Assembly (NCBI GenBank): GCA_031835245.2
Contig: JAVKOQ020000045.1
Coordinates: 1 to 64,000, forward strand
Length of the DNA stretch: 64,000 nucleotides
Source: Balamuthia mandrillaris
Taxonomy: Eukaryota
Direction: 5' to 3'
Position 1 is the stretch's first letter; each line of letters opens with the position of its first letter. Made by a program: the position numbers and the translations under genes. Positions 23,903-37,346 of the stretch are shown piece by piece. The notes under the pieces were generated by a model that saw only the letters and a program-made list of their open reading frames with translations, did no database searches and had not been told where the DNA came from.

Positions 23903-23963
23903 GACACGTCATCTCCCCATTTGTACGGAGTTGTTGCCGAACAGCCAATGGTGTCATGGCACG
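23903..23963 (+). promoter_or_regulatory. ER-stress-element-like motifs upstream of calreticulin
   Basis: CCAAT-N10-CACG at 23945-23963; TGACGTGT on the minus strand at 23904-23911. Confidence 0.45.
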
Positions 23964-24195
23964 TATCGTTCTGTCAAACTCCGCCAACAATCCAAAAAGT
24001 GACTTTTTCTCCTTCTCTTTCTTCCATGCACGAAAACAAACAAGACACCAACCACTGAAAGCGAGCGAGTGACACTCTCTTTGGTCTAGTGCCTGTTCAT
24101 CTTTTCTTTTTTGTTTCTCATTATTTATTCTGTCACTTTTTTCTATTTATTTATTTTGTTTTTTTTTTCGAACGACGCTCCACACACACACACCG

Positions 24196-25485
24196 ATGAA
24201 CAAATCTCTGTTGGTCGCTGCCCTTTTCTTCGGCCTGGTCGCTTTGGCCTCGGCCACAACCTACTTCCAGGAGGACTTTGACGACTCGTGGGAGAGCCGA
24301 TGGGTTTACTCTCAAGCCGACACCGAGGAACAGAGGGGCACCTTCGTGCACACTGCCGGCAAGTTCGCCGCTGACCCCAGCGACAAGGGCATCCAGACCG
24401 GTCAGGACGCTCGCTTCTACAAGCTCTCTACCACCTTCCCCGCTTTCTCCAACAAGGACAAGGATCTTGTTCTCCAGTACACTGTGAAGAACGAGCAGAA
24501 GTTGGACTGCGGTGGTGGCTACATCAAGCTTCTTCCTCCTGGCTTCGACCAGACCAACTTCAAGGGAGACACAGCCTACAAGTACGTTTGACACTCCTCC
24601 ACGAAACAAACCGCGGACTCATTCTAATATTTGTGCTTTTTTTAAAACCCTAGCATCATGTTTGGCCCTGATGTGTGCGGTTCTCGTAGGGTGCACGCCA
24701 TCTTCAATTACAAGGGCGAGAACTACTTGACCACCAAGTCCATGTCCCCCAAGTCTGACCAGGCTACTCATGTCTACACTATGATCATTCATCCCAACCA
24801 GACTGTTGTTGTGAAGATTGACAACAAGCAAATTGCCGAAATGACTTTGGAGGAGGACTGGGACATTTTCCCCGAGAAGGAGATCCCTGACCCCAACGAA
24901 AGCAAGCCTGCTGACTGGGTTGATGAGCCCATGATTCCCGATCCCGAGGCTGTCAAGCCTGAGGGCTGGGACGACATTCCTGCTACCATCCCTGACCCCG
25001 AGGCCACCAAGCCCGAGGACTGGGACGATGAGCTTGACGGAGAGTGGGAAGCCCCGATGAACCCCAACCCTGAGTACAAGGGCGAGTGGGAGGCTCCCTT
25101 GATCGAAAACCCTGCCTACAAGGGAGAGTGGGTCCACCCCAAGATCCCAAACCCTGACTACTTCCATGACTCTGAGGCCTACGCCTATGAGCACGGCGGT
25201 GCTGCCTTTGAGATTTGGCAAGTGACCAGCGGCACCATCTTTGACCACATCCTCGTCACTGACTCTGTGGAGGAAGCCACCGCAGCGGCGGAGGCTATCC
25301 TTGCCAAGACCGAGGCCGAGGAGGAGGCCAGGAAGAAGTGGCAAGAGGAGGAGGACGCCAAGGCCAAGGCTGAGGCTGAGGCCGAGGCTGCCCAATTTGA
25401 GGCTGAGGCTGCGGAGGATGAGGACGATGACGATGATGACGACGATAGCGGCGCTGATAACAAGGATTTGCACGACGAATTGTAA
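24196..25485 (+). CDS. CALR: Calreticulin (2 exons, intron about 24582-24652)
   Basis: Signal peptide, KNEQKLDCGGGYIKLL, MFGPDVCG, P-domain IPDPEAxKPEDWD repeats, acidic tail, C-terminal HDEL. Confidence 0.98.
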
Positions 25486-25558
25486 AAACACTGAAAACCT
25501 CTTTCTTCCAAACAAACCTTTTCTACTACCCTTCTGTTTTCTGTCTGTCACCTTCGCG

Positions 25559-26934
25559 CTAAATGAACTGCTCCTCCTGGAGGAGCGGTTGCTCAAGCGA
25601 TGCAGAAAGCGGTGTATCCTCTCCGCTGCTCATCGCCCCTCTGCTTGCCGTCAGGTCCACTCTTCTCAAGTTGCGTGGGCTGCGGGGCACCATAAAGGCG
25701 TGAGGAGGAACCAGGTGCGACTGACCATCGTCGAGACTGTTAGGGGTCCGGTCGTGTCTATGACGAGGTGCTACCCGTTTGATCCAAAACATGACCAACG
25801 CCATCACGAATATGAAAATAAAGTTGACAAGGAACAAGAGGCAGCTGTAGCCCCCCACCTTCAGCATCTCCATCGCGTAGCGCGTCTCCCCCGCCCACAA
25901 CTTGACCAGACCGTAGGCCAGGTGCATGCCGCAGTTGCATATGGGCGGAAGAAGAGCTGCGCTGATGGCTACGCCCACCAATGCGCTGATTCCTCCCCCT
26001 AAGAACGACAAACCGACACGTTGTTCAAGTCAGTTGAAAGCAACAAGAGAGAAAGACCATTTGAAGCCTGCCAATTTAACAACAACAAACCAGTTGTAGC
26101 AACAGCAACGCCAAGGCCAGAGGGAACGGCCACAAAGATACCGTAGATAATGGCAGAGAGGTCGCCGCGAGAGAGCTGCTGCTCCGTGCCCCATAGGTCA
26201 TCCTTCCAGCTGGTGGCCAAGCCCCAAACCGCACCCACCGCCATCGTCAATAAAAACCCACAAACTTCATTACGAAAACCACGGAGCACCATCCCTGCAT
26301 CTCTTTTTTTTTTTTTTTGTTTTACACTTGTCAGCTTTTAAAAGCAAAAGGCAGAAGAACAACTTAACAAACAGCTCCGTCCATGTCGAAGCGTTTTAAA
26401 AAAATGAAGGAGGAAGGAGAAAAGAAGACCTAACCTGATAGCAGTACCAAAAGTAACGGCCATTATCGGTCCCATCAAAGGAGACACCAACATGGAGGCC
26501 ACCACCGTGGGCGCAGAATCCGTGGCCAACCCAACAGTGGCTATCAGGGCAGCCACAAAGATGAAGGACAGGAAGTTGAAGGTGAGGTGGTTCTGAGAGT
26601 CCACCACATCATGTATTTCCTCTATAGAGAGGCGGTCTTGGAACTTGTACCGCCGTCCCAAAAATTTTTTCCGTTTGGAGGTGGAACGAAGCTGCGGTCG
26701 CGTGCTCTGCAAAGCCAAGATGTCAATCACTCCGTAGTGCACCCCCACGCCCAAACGCTCCAGAGCAGCCAGGATGCGGTCCGTCTCTTTGTCGGTGGTG
26801 CGGAAGATGATGAGGTCGGACCCTCTCTTTCCTTCGAAGACGGCGAGGCCATGGACTCCGGAGATATTCTCCAACGAGGACACTACACCCTCTGTCTCGT
26901 CTGCTGGAAGCGTTATCTGAACCTGCCTGGGCAT
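25559..26934 (-). CDS. DUF389 multi-pass membrane protein (3 exons)
   Basis: AALIATVGLATDSAPTVVASMLVSPLMGPI and ALVGVAISAALLPPICNCG motifs. Confidence 0.85.
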
Positions 26935-27145
26935 GGCCTTTCAGTTCGAACGAATTTCTCTCCTGTGTCAATGTCTTTCTTGTTAACGCGTTACCAAAAC
27001 AAAGGTTGCGGAATTTGAAATCACCCTCGAGGCGATATCTTTCACGTCGTCGTGATGTATGGTATGCCGTCGTGTCGGCATGATAAGTTTATTGATAACG
27101 TCGACATGAAATAAATAAGGAAGAAGCTAGCTTGGGGGTGGTGCT

Positions 27146-27660
27146 TCATGTGTCCATCTCGCTTTCGCTGGCTTCTTCCACAAAAGACATTTCAGACTCG
27201 AAGGTCAGCAGGGTGTGCTCGCAGATAGATATCAGATCGGTGAGTCCCTTCCTGAATTGTTCCGTGGCGTTTTTTCCTTTTGGTTGTGAGCGCAAGAGAG
27301 CACAGGCTTTAGAGGTAACCGTCGGAACTGAAACAAGAAAAAAAACGTATGGTACCTTTCCGAGCTTGAATGCGAACATTCATTTTGTCTTCGGAGGGGT
27401 GAGGCACGCTATATCCACAAAACTCAACATCAGGACTGCAAAAGAAAAAATGTGTCAGCAAAGGTTCATCTTTTCTGGAGTAAAACAAAGGAGTTTTCTC
27501 ACTTTCTCATGAGTATGTATCGCAAAGCGTTGCCCAACGTGTGATCTTCCTCCGCCACCACACACGTAACCACCGATTCATCCGCGCCAGGCAATATCTC
27601 CAGCTTTTTGGCCTTCTCCACCACCAGCTCTTCCTCTTGTTGGGGGGCGTTCTTGTCCAT
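27146..27660 (-). CDS. POLR1D: RNA polymerase I/III subunit AC19 (RPAC2), 3 exons
   Basis: EEDHTLGNALRYILM, VEFCGYSVPHPSEDKMNVRIQ. Confidence 0.9.
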
Positions 27661-27746
27661 CTTTTGGTCTCTCTTTTCTTTTGTTTTCTTTGTTTGCGTT
27701 TGTATTTAAGTCGACACAAGGAAAGCCCTACATCCAACCCTAACCT

Positions 27747-28655
27747 TCATTTTTTTACTGCTTTATGTGTTGTTGCCTCTTGCCACACCTTGTGCTTCAT
27801 TTCGATCTCTTCGAGGAAGAAGTAGTAGTTATGAAATACTCTGGCCCGCATCTGGATGGAGAGAATGATGAGAAGAAGAACACCAGAATAAGGGACAGAG
27901 AGAGATGACGCACCGCATCTCCTTTGTTTCGCCACTTTGGTACGCCATGGTCGTAGTGGACCATCCACACATCCGGTAGCACCCAAAAATGGAATCCAGC
28001 CCGGGCTAGCTCCGTATTGTGAACGACTTTGTCATAGCCATACCCCACAAACCGCTCGTCAAACCTGACCACCGACAACACAACAGAATGTAAGAAACAA
28101 ATACAAATAAGTAAAGGAGTAAAGTCTCTGATGAGAATCAAACGTACAGTGGTACATTCTCCACCCGAAGGACAGTGTAAGGCTCAAACTCCAACTGATA
28201 AGGCACTTCAAATGGAACTTTTCGATTGACCCATTGTGGATAGTCGGTAGGACCATGAGCTGGATTCCATTTCACCTCATGCACCTGACGGATATAGCCT
28301 CGCTGATACAACTGAACTAGTTGTTCTTTGCTCTGAGGAAATGGGATTTCGTCGTCAATTTCCAATGCTGGCACTACCAACACTTGTTTCTGCCCAACAC
28401 CCATTTTTTCTTCCCAGGCTCTGACAATTTCAAACAGAAGGGTAAGCAGGATGCAGAGTAGAGGAGAAGATCAAAAGGAATACAATATTCTGTGGTAGGC
28501 TTCTGGCGAGGGCACAAAGTCAACGTCCATGGTGAGAGAGTACCTGGTCCTACACCCAAGCATTGCCACATTGCGCAAAGTATTAATGGGATACATTCCC
28601 AGGGTTCTGAAAGTGTAGCTCTTCTATGATAACAGTTACTCATTGCAGAGAGAAA

Positions 28656-28690
<35 letters not shown>

Positions 28691-29508
28691 AATGCATTAC
28701 ATCACTGTACACAAGATGATAATCCACTTGTTGGATGTGCCGCTCTGCCGCGTCTCTAAAGGAAATAACTTCTGTTTCCTCCTCCTCGCTGAGGACATAT
28801 ATCGCAGCAGATATCATCCCTATATAACATCAGCGTAAGTATTCGCTGCATTGGAGATTCTGAATTTACCAACCATCCCAGTGGTCTATGATCCGTTTTA
28901 GGCTTTGTAATCTATCTACAGTCAACTGTGTTGCAATAGTAACCCCAACACTATCCTATTCAAAATGAGAACATACAGAGCAAGCAAAAGGAGGTGAGAA
29001 GGGCAACAGCAGATAACCATGTGTTATGTTGAAACCATACATACCGGTTGCTGTGGTGAAAGAAGCGTTTGGCGTCGTGGGCAGCAACCTGGGGTACTTG
29101 TTTGCTCCACAATTTGCTGCACACATTGTTCTGTATCCTCTTCACCTATCCGTCAAGTTAAAGATTTGTTAGAAACAACAAAAAATGAAACGAACAACGA
29201 CAAAAAGAGGATTAAGCACCAAGGAATACGAGGTTACGAAGAGACACTTCATCGAACCACACAGAACCAAAATGTTCTTGAAACGAAACTATAAGAGAAA
29301 CAGCTTCTATGGCCTTAGAAGCCTGAATCAACATGCATTGGTAGGTCCAATCGTTGGTTCCTACATTCCAGTTTAACGAATGGCCGTAGGAATAACTGCC
29401 GTCTACATACTTGAGTTCTGCTGTCACCGAATATCCACCATGAGTGCTACCTGATACGCCCCTACATGTGCGATAAAAAGTAGGGCGGGGGAATGGGAAA
29501 AGCGAATG

Positions 29509-29575
<67 letters not shown>

Positions 29576-30675
29576 AACGGGAAAAGGGGAGAAAAGCAGA
29601 GAGAATAAACAAACCTGGAAGCACTCCATCCCGAAATTAGAAGAGGATAGGGCTTGGATTGGTTGACATAAACGTATTGTTGAGCAGCATATTTATATGT
29701 CCTTTTATCCAGTACGTGAAAGCACAACGACCGAAGGCCTGAATGGCTTTTATCTCTTTAGCGATAATAAAAAAACAGGAAGAACAGTTAGTCTTCTTTC
29801 AGCAAAGACGAACAAAGTTGAAGGCAAACAGTCAAACTTGCAAGCTTGTATAGGACTCATCATGGAGTTCCAATGAGCAGGAAACTCTACCAGGCGTTGG
29901 TAACTAGCATCAAAGGGATGCGGTATCAACAGCGGACCCAGGTGCTCAAAAGAAGGATTTCGGAGGAGGTTGCTGCCGCTGCTTCCCATGGTGAAGACGT
30001 AGTTGAAGCAAGTAGGAGAGGATCGGTAGACGAACGTGGAAGAAGGGGGGAGTGAAGAGGATGGCTGTTGCTGTTGCTGAAGGGCCAGCGGAGGACCCGG
30101 CAGACCGCTCTCTGTGGCGACGATGGTTAGGTTGTAGCGAGAGTTTGGCCTAAGTCCTTCCACCAGAAAGCTCGTAGCAGTTCCTTCGTAGACCTGTAAG
30201 CAAAAGTGGAGATAAGAAGAATTGGAGACACAAACAGAGCGTAGCTACCAACGGTTTGAAACTGTGGTTCTGGAAAGAGTTGCAGGTGGAGCTCGTAAGA
30301 GCGAGTACTTGGAATGGTTTGCACCATTTGCTCATACTGTTCCGCTTCTGGTGTGAACTCGAGCCAATGCACACGAAAGCTGAAGCTCTGTATGTCTGAG
30401 AAATAGGGACAAGAAGGAGGTATCACCCATACCTCCCTCTTCTTGGCCACTTCCACCCCCACTTCCACCACTTCTTGCTTTTGTGGAGAAGAAGTGGCTA
30501 AAGGAAGAGAAGTCGCGCGGTGATCGTCATGAAGAGAGGAAGGAGGGCCACCAGCTCTCCACAGGAATAACAGACCGCCACAAGCCATCAGCACCCACAG
30601 GTTTAGCAGATGCTTCCGCCACCGCCATCGCCTCTGCCGACCGCCTCTGCTGTTGGCAGGCGTTCGTCCTCTCAT
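27747..30675 (-). CDS. LARGE/B4GAT1-like GT49 glycosyltransferase, type II membrane protein with N-terminal accessory domains (multi-exon)
   Basis: TM segment, TQLTVDRL, YPINTLRNVA, TMDVDFVP (DxD), HGPTDYPQW, FEPY, FDERFVGYGYDKV. Confidence 0.88.
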
Positions 30676-31104
30676 CTCTCTCTCTCTGTTACTCTTTTTC
30701 TCTTTCAAGTGTGTGCGATTGACCTCTCTCACGTCCATAACAAGTGAACGAAAGGGCGCAGCTGGACATGAGAGAGGTTTAGTCAGCAGAGAGGAGAGAG
30801 GGAGAGAGAAGAGAGAGAAGGCGAAGAAAGCAGCCAAAGAGAAAGAGAAGAAAATGAGACGTGAGAAGGCCAGCGCGTAAGAGAGGAAAGAAGAGCACAG
30901 AGAAGAGTGTCAGAAAGGTTTGATTGCATATGTTTGAAGCTCACAACAGGATTATTTGTTTAAGGGATGTTGAACAGTCAACTCGAATCGCTTAGCGTGC
31001 TTCCTATGGCAACTACACCAAAGGCGGCCAGGGCGTGGTTGGGCGGGAGGAGGGCGTTGCGCTTGCAGTATCTGCGACGGGATCCTCCCTTCTGCTGGCG
31101 TTTG

Positions 31105-31356
31105 TTAGTAGTTTTTGAACACCTTTTTGTTTTTGACAACCATGTAGCCCAACGGCAAGACGATCCCAAGGAACATAATCAACGCGCCCAGCAGAAACGA
31201 AAACACGTCTGGCGTAGCTGCCACCAACGTAGTCTGAAAGAGAGAGAGGGAGAGAGAGAGAGAGGTCTCGTTAGTCAAATATCAAAAAAGGCACCTTCCC
31301 CAGAGCTGCGCTAGAGAAACTGAAGTAGTGCGCACCCCTGACACCCAGTACACCAT
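31105..31356 (-). CDS. Possible small single-pass membrane protein
   Basis: Exon TTLVAATPDVFSFLLGALIMFLGIVLPLGYMVVKNKKVFKNY* after a (CT)n intron acceptor; start exon uncertain. Confidence 0.4.
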
Positions 31357-31697
31357 TCTTGGAGACGACGTGGCTTTCTTTTGTTTTGTCTTTTTCTTTC
31401 TCAGCTTTTTTTCTTTGTCAAAGGGTAGGTTATGTTTGCTGCACAAAAGACCCTAACCCAACAATCTCCCATTCCCATACCTTTGCCGACCCAGTGAGGA
31501 GCACAATGGTGGCACAAGCGACATCCCCTCTTCTGTGGGGATGTTGTTGTTTGGTGCTCACAAGCGCGACCACCACATATAGGGTGTTTTCAATGTTCGG
31601 ATGAGGAGGGGGGTCAAGGCGCCTCTGGGCTGTTGGACTCTTTCAAGCACAAGAAGGCCCACTTGAAATAACGAAAGGCAAAACAAAGAGGAAAGAG

Positions 31698-31740
<43 letters not shown>

Positions 31741-31920
31741 TACCACGAAGAAGTGTCTATATTTTCTTCTCACGTTCCGATCTCTTTGGAAGGGTAAGAC
31801 AGATTAAATAAAGATTAAGGGCTGGCAAAGAAGAATAGGGAATACGCTTCTGTACAGAGCGAGTGCTGGCGGGTAGGAAGAAGCTATGGCTCGTGGAACA
31901 AAAAAAAGTAAAAGGGCGTC

Positions 31921-32265
31921 TTATTCGTCCAACTCTCGTTCGGGTTGTGCAAGAGGATACATTTGTGACATGTAGGCGCAGAGCCACCTGTAAAAATAGC
32001 TATTAAGCAAGAAGAACGGGGATAAAAGATCAAAAAAAAAAAGAAGAGGGCATACAATAGCCAGCAGCAAAACAGTGCAGTCCAGGCCAAAGTACGATTC
32101 AATCTGCGACAAAAGAACGAAAGTAGATCAGCAACGCAGATTTTGGCGGAGAGAAAGTAAGACGTGGCGCACTCACGATTTGTCTGGTCCCGGGGTAAAC
32201 ACAGTGAGCGCAACGCCCAGCAGAATGGTAAGGCCAGTGGCCACGCCAATCGGAAGAAACATCAT
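31921..32265 (-). CDS. ATP6V0E: V-type ATPase V0 subunit e (3 exons)
   Basis: Spliced product ..VFTPGPDKSLNRTLAWTALFCCWLLWLCAYMSQMYPLAQP with GT-AG introns. Confidence 0.88.
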
Positions 32266-32729
32266 TTTTTGCAGGGACTTCTCTGTTTGTGTTCAAATTC
32301 TCTTCTCGGCCTTCCTTCCTTCCTTTCCCTTCTTTTCTGAGGAAGAGACGAGAGAGCTGGACAGAGAGAGAGGAGAGGAGAGTGGACCGAAACTGGGTTT
32401 TATTTTTCTGGGTATGTGTGGCACGCAAGGCATTCGGTCACAGATTTTTGTCGACTACTACCTGCCTGAGTTCGATGTTGGCCAACAGCAGGACAGGGGC
32501 CCTTCGACATCTGGGCGCTAACAACTATCCCGAGGGATGATGGATGCGAGCTGCATTGCAGGCTGCTCCAGAAAAGGGCATCACCCTGCAACTGCTCCCC
32601 TCAGCAGTAGTAACACAAAAAAAAAAACTCATTATTGTGCACTTCGAAGAAACGTGCGATGCAACAACTATGAGCAATAATACGAAGTTTATTTCCCTTC
32701 TTTTCATTCAAAATAAACAGTGTCTCTTT

Positions 32730-33839
32730 TTACAACGCACCCACGTTCTTCATAACCATGATTCTCAGTTCCATCATGTCCTCCTGTTTTGGTTGTGGTT
32801 GTTGCCCACAAGGTTAAATCATATCTCCCTTGTCAGCAAAAGAAAAGAGACATTAAGTACCATAGCATAGCGCACTCCTTCTCTGCCGAATCCAGAATCC
32901 TTGACACCGCCATACGGCATGCTATCTACACGGAAGCTAGGTACATCGTTGATCACCTATTATTTTTTTTTTCAGCAAATCACAAATGTTGTTAGCATCT
33001 CATTTCTCTCTAAGAGGAGAGGAAGAGAAAAAAAAATAACATACAACGCCACCAGCCTCTGTATTCTCAAAGGCATACCACGCCTTGTTAAGATCGTTGG
33101 TGAAAAATCCGGCTTGCAATCCAAAGTCTGTTTCACAAAGAGAGAGTGAGAGAGAAGGTACCACAGTAAGAGTATGAATTGAATTATTTGTATCAGCAAC
33201 TTACGCACCAGAATCGTTAACCTTTGCAATTACTGTCTTGAAGTCGCTAAACTTCTCAATGGTGCACACAGGTCTGTACAAAGAACGCAGATAAGAAAGG
33301 GCAAAGAGAAAATGAGTGGTACATGAGCGATGCAAATCGATACCCAAAAGCCTCTTTGCAGTACAAATCGCAGCTGGGATCAACATCCTCTACAAATGTA
33401 GCGTCTTATAACAGAAGTAAAGGACAAAGAGTGTGTAAGAAAGCGTTGTTCGAAAATAGATGAACAAAATAGTAATTTTTGGATGGTACCATAAAACACG
33501 CCTTGCCTCTTGCCTCCCACAAGCACTTTAGCTCCTTTGGCTACAGCATCATTCACCCACTTTTCCAATCGTTTGGCATCTCCTTCAGAGATAAGAGGGC
33601 CTGTTCATTTGTTTTTTTTGGGATTTTCCCAAACCAAAAAAGATGGCTTAGCGGTGAGGGAGTAGATAAAGAGAAGATTGTACCAAGGAAGGTGTCCTCG
33701 TTCAATGGATCACCAGCTTTCAACTGAGAGGTTGCAGCAATGAGCTTTTCTTTAAACTCATCGTAAATGTCCTGGTGGACGTACAAGCGTTGCACACCAA
33801 TGCAGCTATAAACGCAAAGATGGGTGAAAACATCACAAC

Positions 33840-33885
<46 letters not shown>

Positions 33886-35192
33886 TTGGAAAGGTTTGTT
33901 GGTACCTTTGACCAGATTGGTAAAATGCTCCGGTCATCATGCGTGCTACGATGGCGTCCAAGTCACCAACATCCTTGTCCACAACGCAAGCGGCGTTACC
34001 ACCAAGCTCTAAGACTACCCTCTTCTTACCGGCCTTCTTCTTAAGCTCCCATCCGACCTCAGGGCTTCCTGTGAAAGAAACCAATTTAAATCTTTCGTCA
34101 GTGGTGAAGCGATCGGCGCTGTCGCGAGTGCATGGTAGAATGGAGAAAGCTCCAGGAGGAAGGTTCGTGTGAGATAGGATCTCTCCCAGCAACAAAGCCC
34201 CCACTGGTGTCTTAGAAGCAGCTTTTTAGTCATATCGTGAAGGAAAGAAGACGAGAGTAGAAGAAGAGGAAAAACTAAGTTGTTCAGGGGGAGAAGCAAT
34301 GAAAGGATACGCTTCAACACGAATGGACAACCAACTGCAATAGCAGGAGCTATCTTGTGAGCCTGTGGAAGAGCGTGTTACCAAAAAAACGTGAAACAGA
34401 AAAGAAGAGAAAGGAAGTTACAGCCAGGTTGATAGGAAAGTTGAAGGGTGAAATAAGGGACAACGGTCCAATTGGAAACTTTTTCACGATGGAAGTATAC
34501 CCCTTGGCTCGTGCTGAGATGTCCAATGGAGCTGAAATAGTCACCAAACACATTCCACAAGAACACACAACGTTAAACAGCGTAAAAAGAGAGAGAGGAT
34601 GAAGAAGAAAAGAAATAGAGGTAATGGGCACCATATTCCCCATGGATCCTTACAGCCTCTTCAGCAGCGATCTGAAAAGTGTCGATGGCTCGTGTCACTT
34701 CACCGCGAGCGTCCCTGCATGGGTTCCACAAGCAAGCAAGCAAAAACGTTGAATATCAAAAAAGTGAATAGTGGGTCATTGGGGAGAGGAAGATCTTGTC
34801 TTACTTGATGGGTTTGCCAGCTTCAATGCAAAGAATATAGGCCAGTTCTTCGCTGCGTTCCTTCAACTCCTTGACTACTTGCTCCAGGATCGCCTTTCTT
34901 TCAAAGGAAGCCATTCTCGCAAAAGCAGGCGCCGCTTCTACGCATTTCTACAGGAGAACAAACAAACAAGTCCAACAAATCAGAGGTGTTGTTCAAAAAA
35001 AAAAGAGGACAAAGCAACACATACCTGAATAGCCGCATCCACTACAGCGTCATTGGCGAGCGCCACGCGAGTGGCTACCTCATTGGTGTACTTGTTGGTG
35101 ACTTCCAGGTCTTCATTCTCTTGGACGGGTTGGTTGGCCAAGTAGTACGGGTACAGTTTCTTCATCACTGGTCGTGTGCCGCTGCCCTCCAT
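32730..35192 (-). CDS. Aldehyde dehydrogenase, ALDH21-like (multi-exon)
   Basis: [60 protein letters not shown]. Confidence 0.92.
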
Positions 35193-35411
35193 GTTTGTTT
35201 GTTTTGTGCTCACTACTGCTGCTGCTGCTGTTGTAGGCCTACTTTGCTTTGTTGTTGTTTGTGTGGTCACTTCACTGCCCAGCGCCAGAGTGAGAAGCAA
35301 TGCAATAGGGTCCGCACGGGAAGATCGGGAAGATCGGGAAGATCGGCCGACTTTACCAAGAAAACTAATTAGAAAACTATTATTCCCCGACCGAAAATTC
35401 CCCTGTCTCGT

Positions 35412-35485
<74 letters not shown>

Positions 35486-35586
35486 TTCCACCTTCTTTTC
35501 TTCTATTGCTGTTATGCGAGTTATTGGATGGCTACCTGCCCATGAAGTTGATATATAGTTGTCTTCTTCTTATTCTTCGTTCTTCT

Positions 35587-35623
<37 letters not shown>

Positions 35624-35687
35624 GGGGAGAAGGGTACAAAGTTTACGCAAAGGGGGTTTGAAAGAGGTGACAAAAAACTGCAACTAA

Positions 35688-37346
35688 CTAAGCATAGTAT
35701 CCAGGGAAAGATCGCCAGAGTGTAGGATCCAAGTACTTCTTGGACCTGCCCGTAGCATTCAGAATAGGTGTTGGGGTCAACTTGTCCTTCCAAGAAAGAT
35801 CCCAAGGTTCGGCCTCGTTGGCATTCTGGTAAAGCTTGCCCACTTCCGGGTTCCAAAAGGACTTGAAGAAGGCAAGTCCCTTAGGCACAAGACTGTATTC
35901 CTGCTGCAAACGGAAGGTGTTGAATCCGTTACGCTCGCTCTTATTGGTGGCTGTGGCTTTGAGCTTTTGCATTAAGAAAGAGAGGTCGTCATCCGTTGTG
36001 GCAATCTTCCCGTCCGTTTGTTCAAAGAGAAGAAAGACGTATCGCTGCTGATCTTTGTAGTGGATTTTTCACCATTTCAGTATTCTAACACAATAAAAGC
36101 GAGAGAGGGGGAGAGAAACGATCGGTTACTCACCACTGAACCTCCTGGGAGCAATAGGGGCGTAATCAACAATAGTTTCGCCTTGGTCCACTTTGTTGCC
36201 TGGAATGTTCATTCTGCGCATGCTTTGCGTTAACTGCCGCTCAAATTACACCACAATACAAAAAAGTGAAAACAGAAGAGCAAGATAAAACTGTACATGA
36301 GCCAGTGTATGTACTCAGTGTCCCGTTGGCCTCCCTTTGATGGGGGCGGCAGCTCAGCAAATGGGCTATCTGTAAAAGGTTAAACAGTAAAAGATGTATT
36401 AGAGTTCTGGCAAAAAAAGTAGCAAATAAATATACAAACTAACCAGGAGTAGTCATCAACAGGGTGTACATTTTCTTTCCCTTGCTCTTATCCTCAAATG
36501 TTACAGTAGGCGCATTGAAGGCCTGTTTATAAAAAAAAAAAACAAAAGAATAAAAGGATTGCGACTCACATCGATAAGTATTCCTTCGCACAAAAATAAA
36601 AGAATGAGTGCATACCACTTGAGGCGGTAACACGTGTCCTTTGCGAACTTGAATATCATTGTAGTCGACCTTGACGATACGTTGGGAGAGCAGAGCGAAG
36701 AGAACAGCGAGCAGAGGGCCGAGAGAAAATCTCGTCAATCACAGTTTTGGGAGAGAGTGTTGGAAAAGGAGGAGGCATACCTTGAGGAAGAGAGGAGGGG
36801 TGAAGGGCTGAGGCAATACATCAGGGAACACGCAGTGAAGCTTTGCCTTTTTCCGGATCTATGTCACCAAGCAAACGCCAATAGCGCGTCAGTCATGCAC
36901 CACTTCGAATGGATTGTGGTTTTTTCTTACCCTGGTGTGAAGAGAGATTTCAGTGCCAGGCTCGGGCTTCCAGTTGGGGTCGCGGACGTAGCGTTGGACG
37001 CCAATTTCCTCTTTGTATGCCTTGATGCGGATTTTAGCTTCTTGGAGGCCCTTTTCGAATCTTTCCAGAGGCGGAGGGCTGGAATAGTCCCGTGCGACCA
37101 TCAATGGAGCGGCTCGCTGTGTAGTTGGACCCAAATGAAAGAAGAACCCAAAAAAGAATCAGAGACTTCTTCTTTAAAAAAAAACATTCAACCGATTTAT
37201 CAAAACATTCCACCCACCCAAGTTGATGTATCCTGCACAGTTCTCACCGCGGTGCTTCTCCGTGATAATAATCTTCCATGGAGGGACCCCCTCCCGTTCG
37301 AGAGGGACAGCCGCAAACCGGCACTTCCTCCTCGCGCTCCTTTCAT
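35688..37346 (-). CDS. PEBP-domain protein, possibly mitoribosomal mL38 (multi-exon)
   Basis: YTLLMTTPD, EYIHWL, NIPGNKVDQGETIVDY, RYVFLLFEQ; Arg-rich presequence-like N-terminus. Confidence 0.75.

Noticed and set aside
24619..25596. Long antisense ORF over calreticulin, and similar ones over FARAT and the epimerase
   Set aside because: Shadow ORFs from GC3-rich codon bias of the sense gene
32400..32700. GC-richer intergenic patch between V-ATPase e and ALDH
   Set aside because: No recognisable domain, splice pattern or convincing RNA structure
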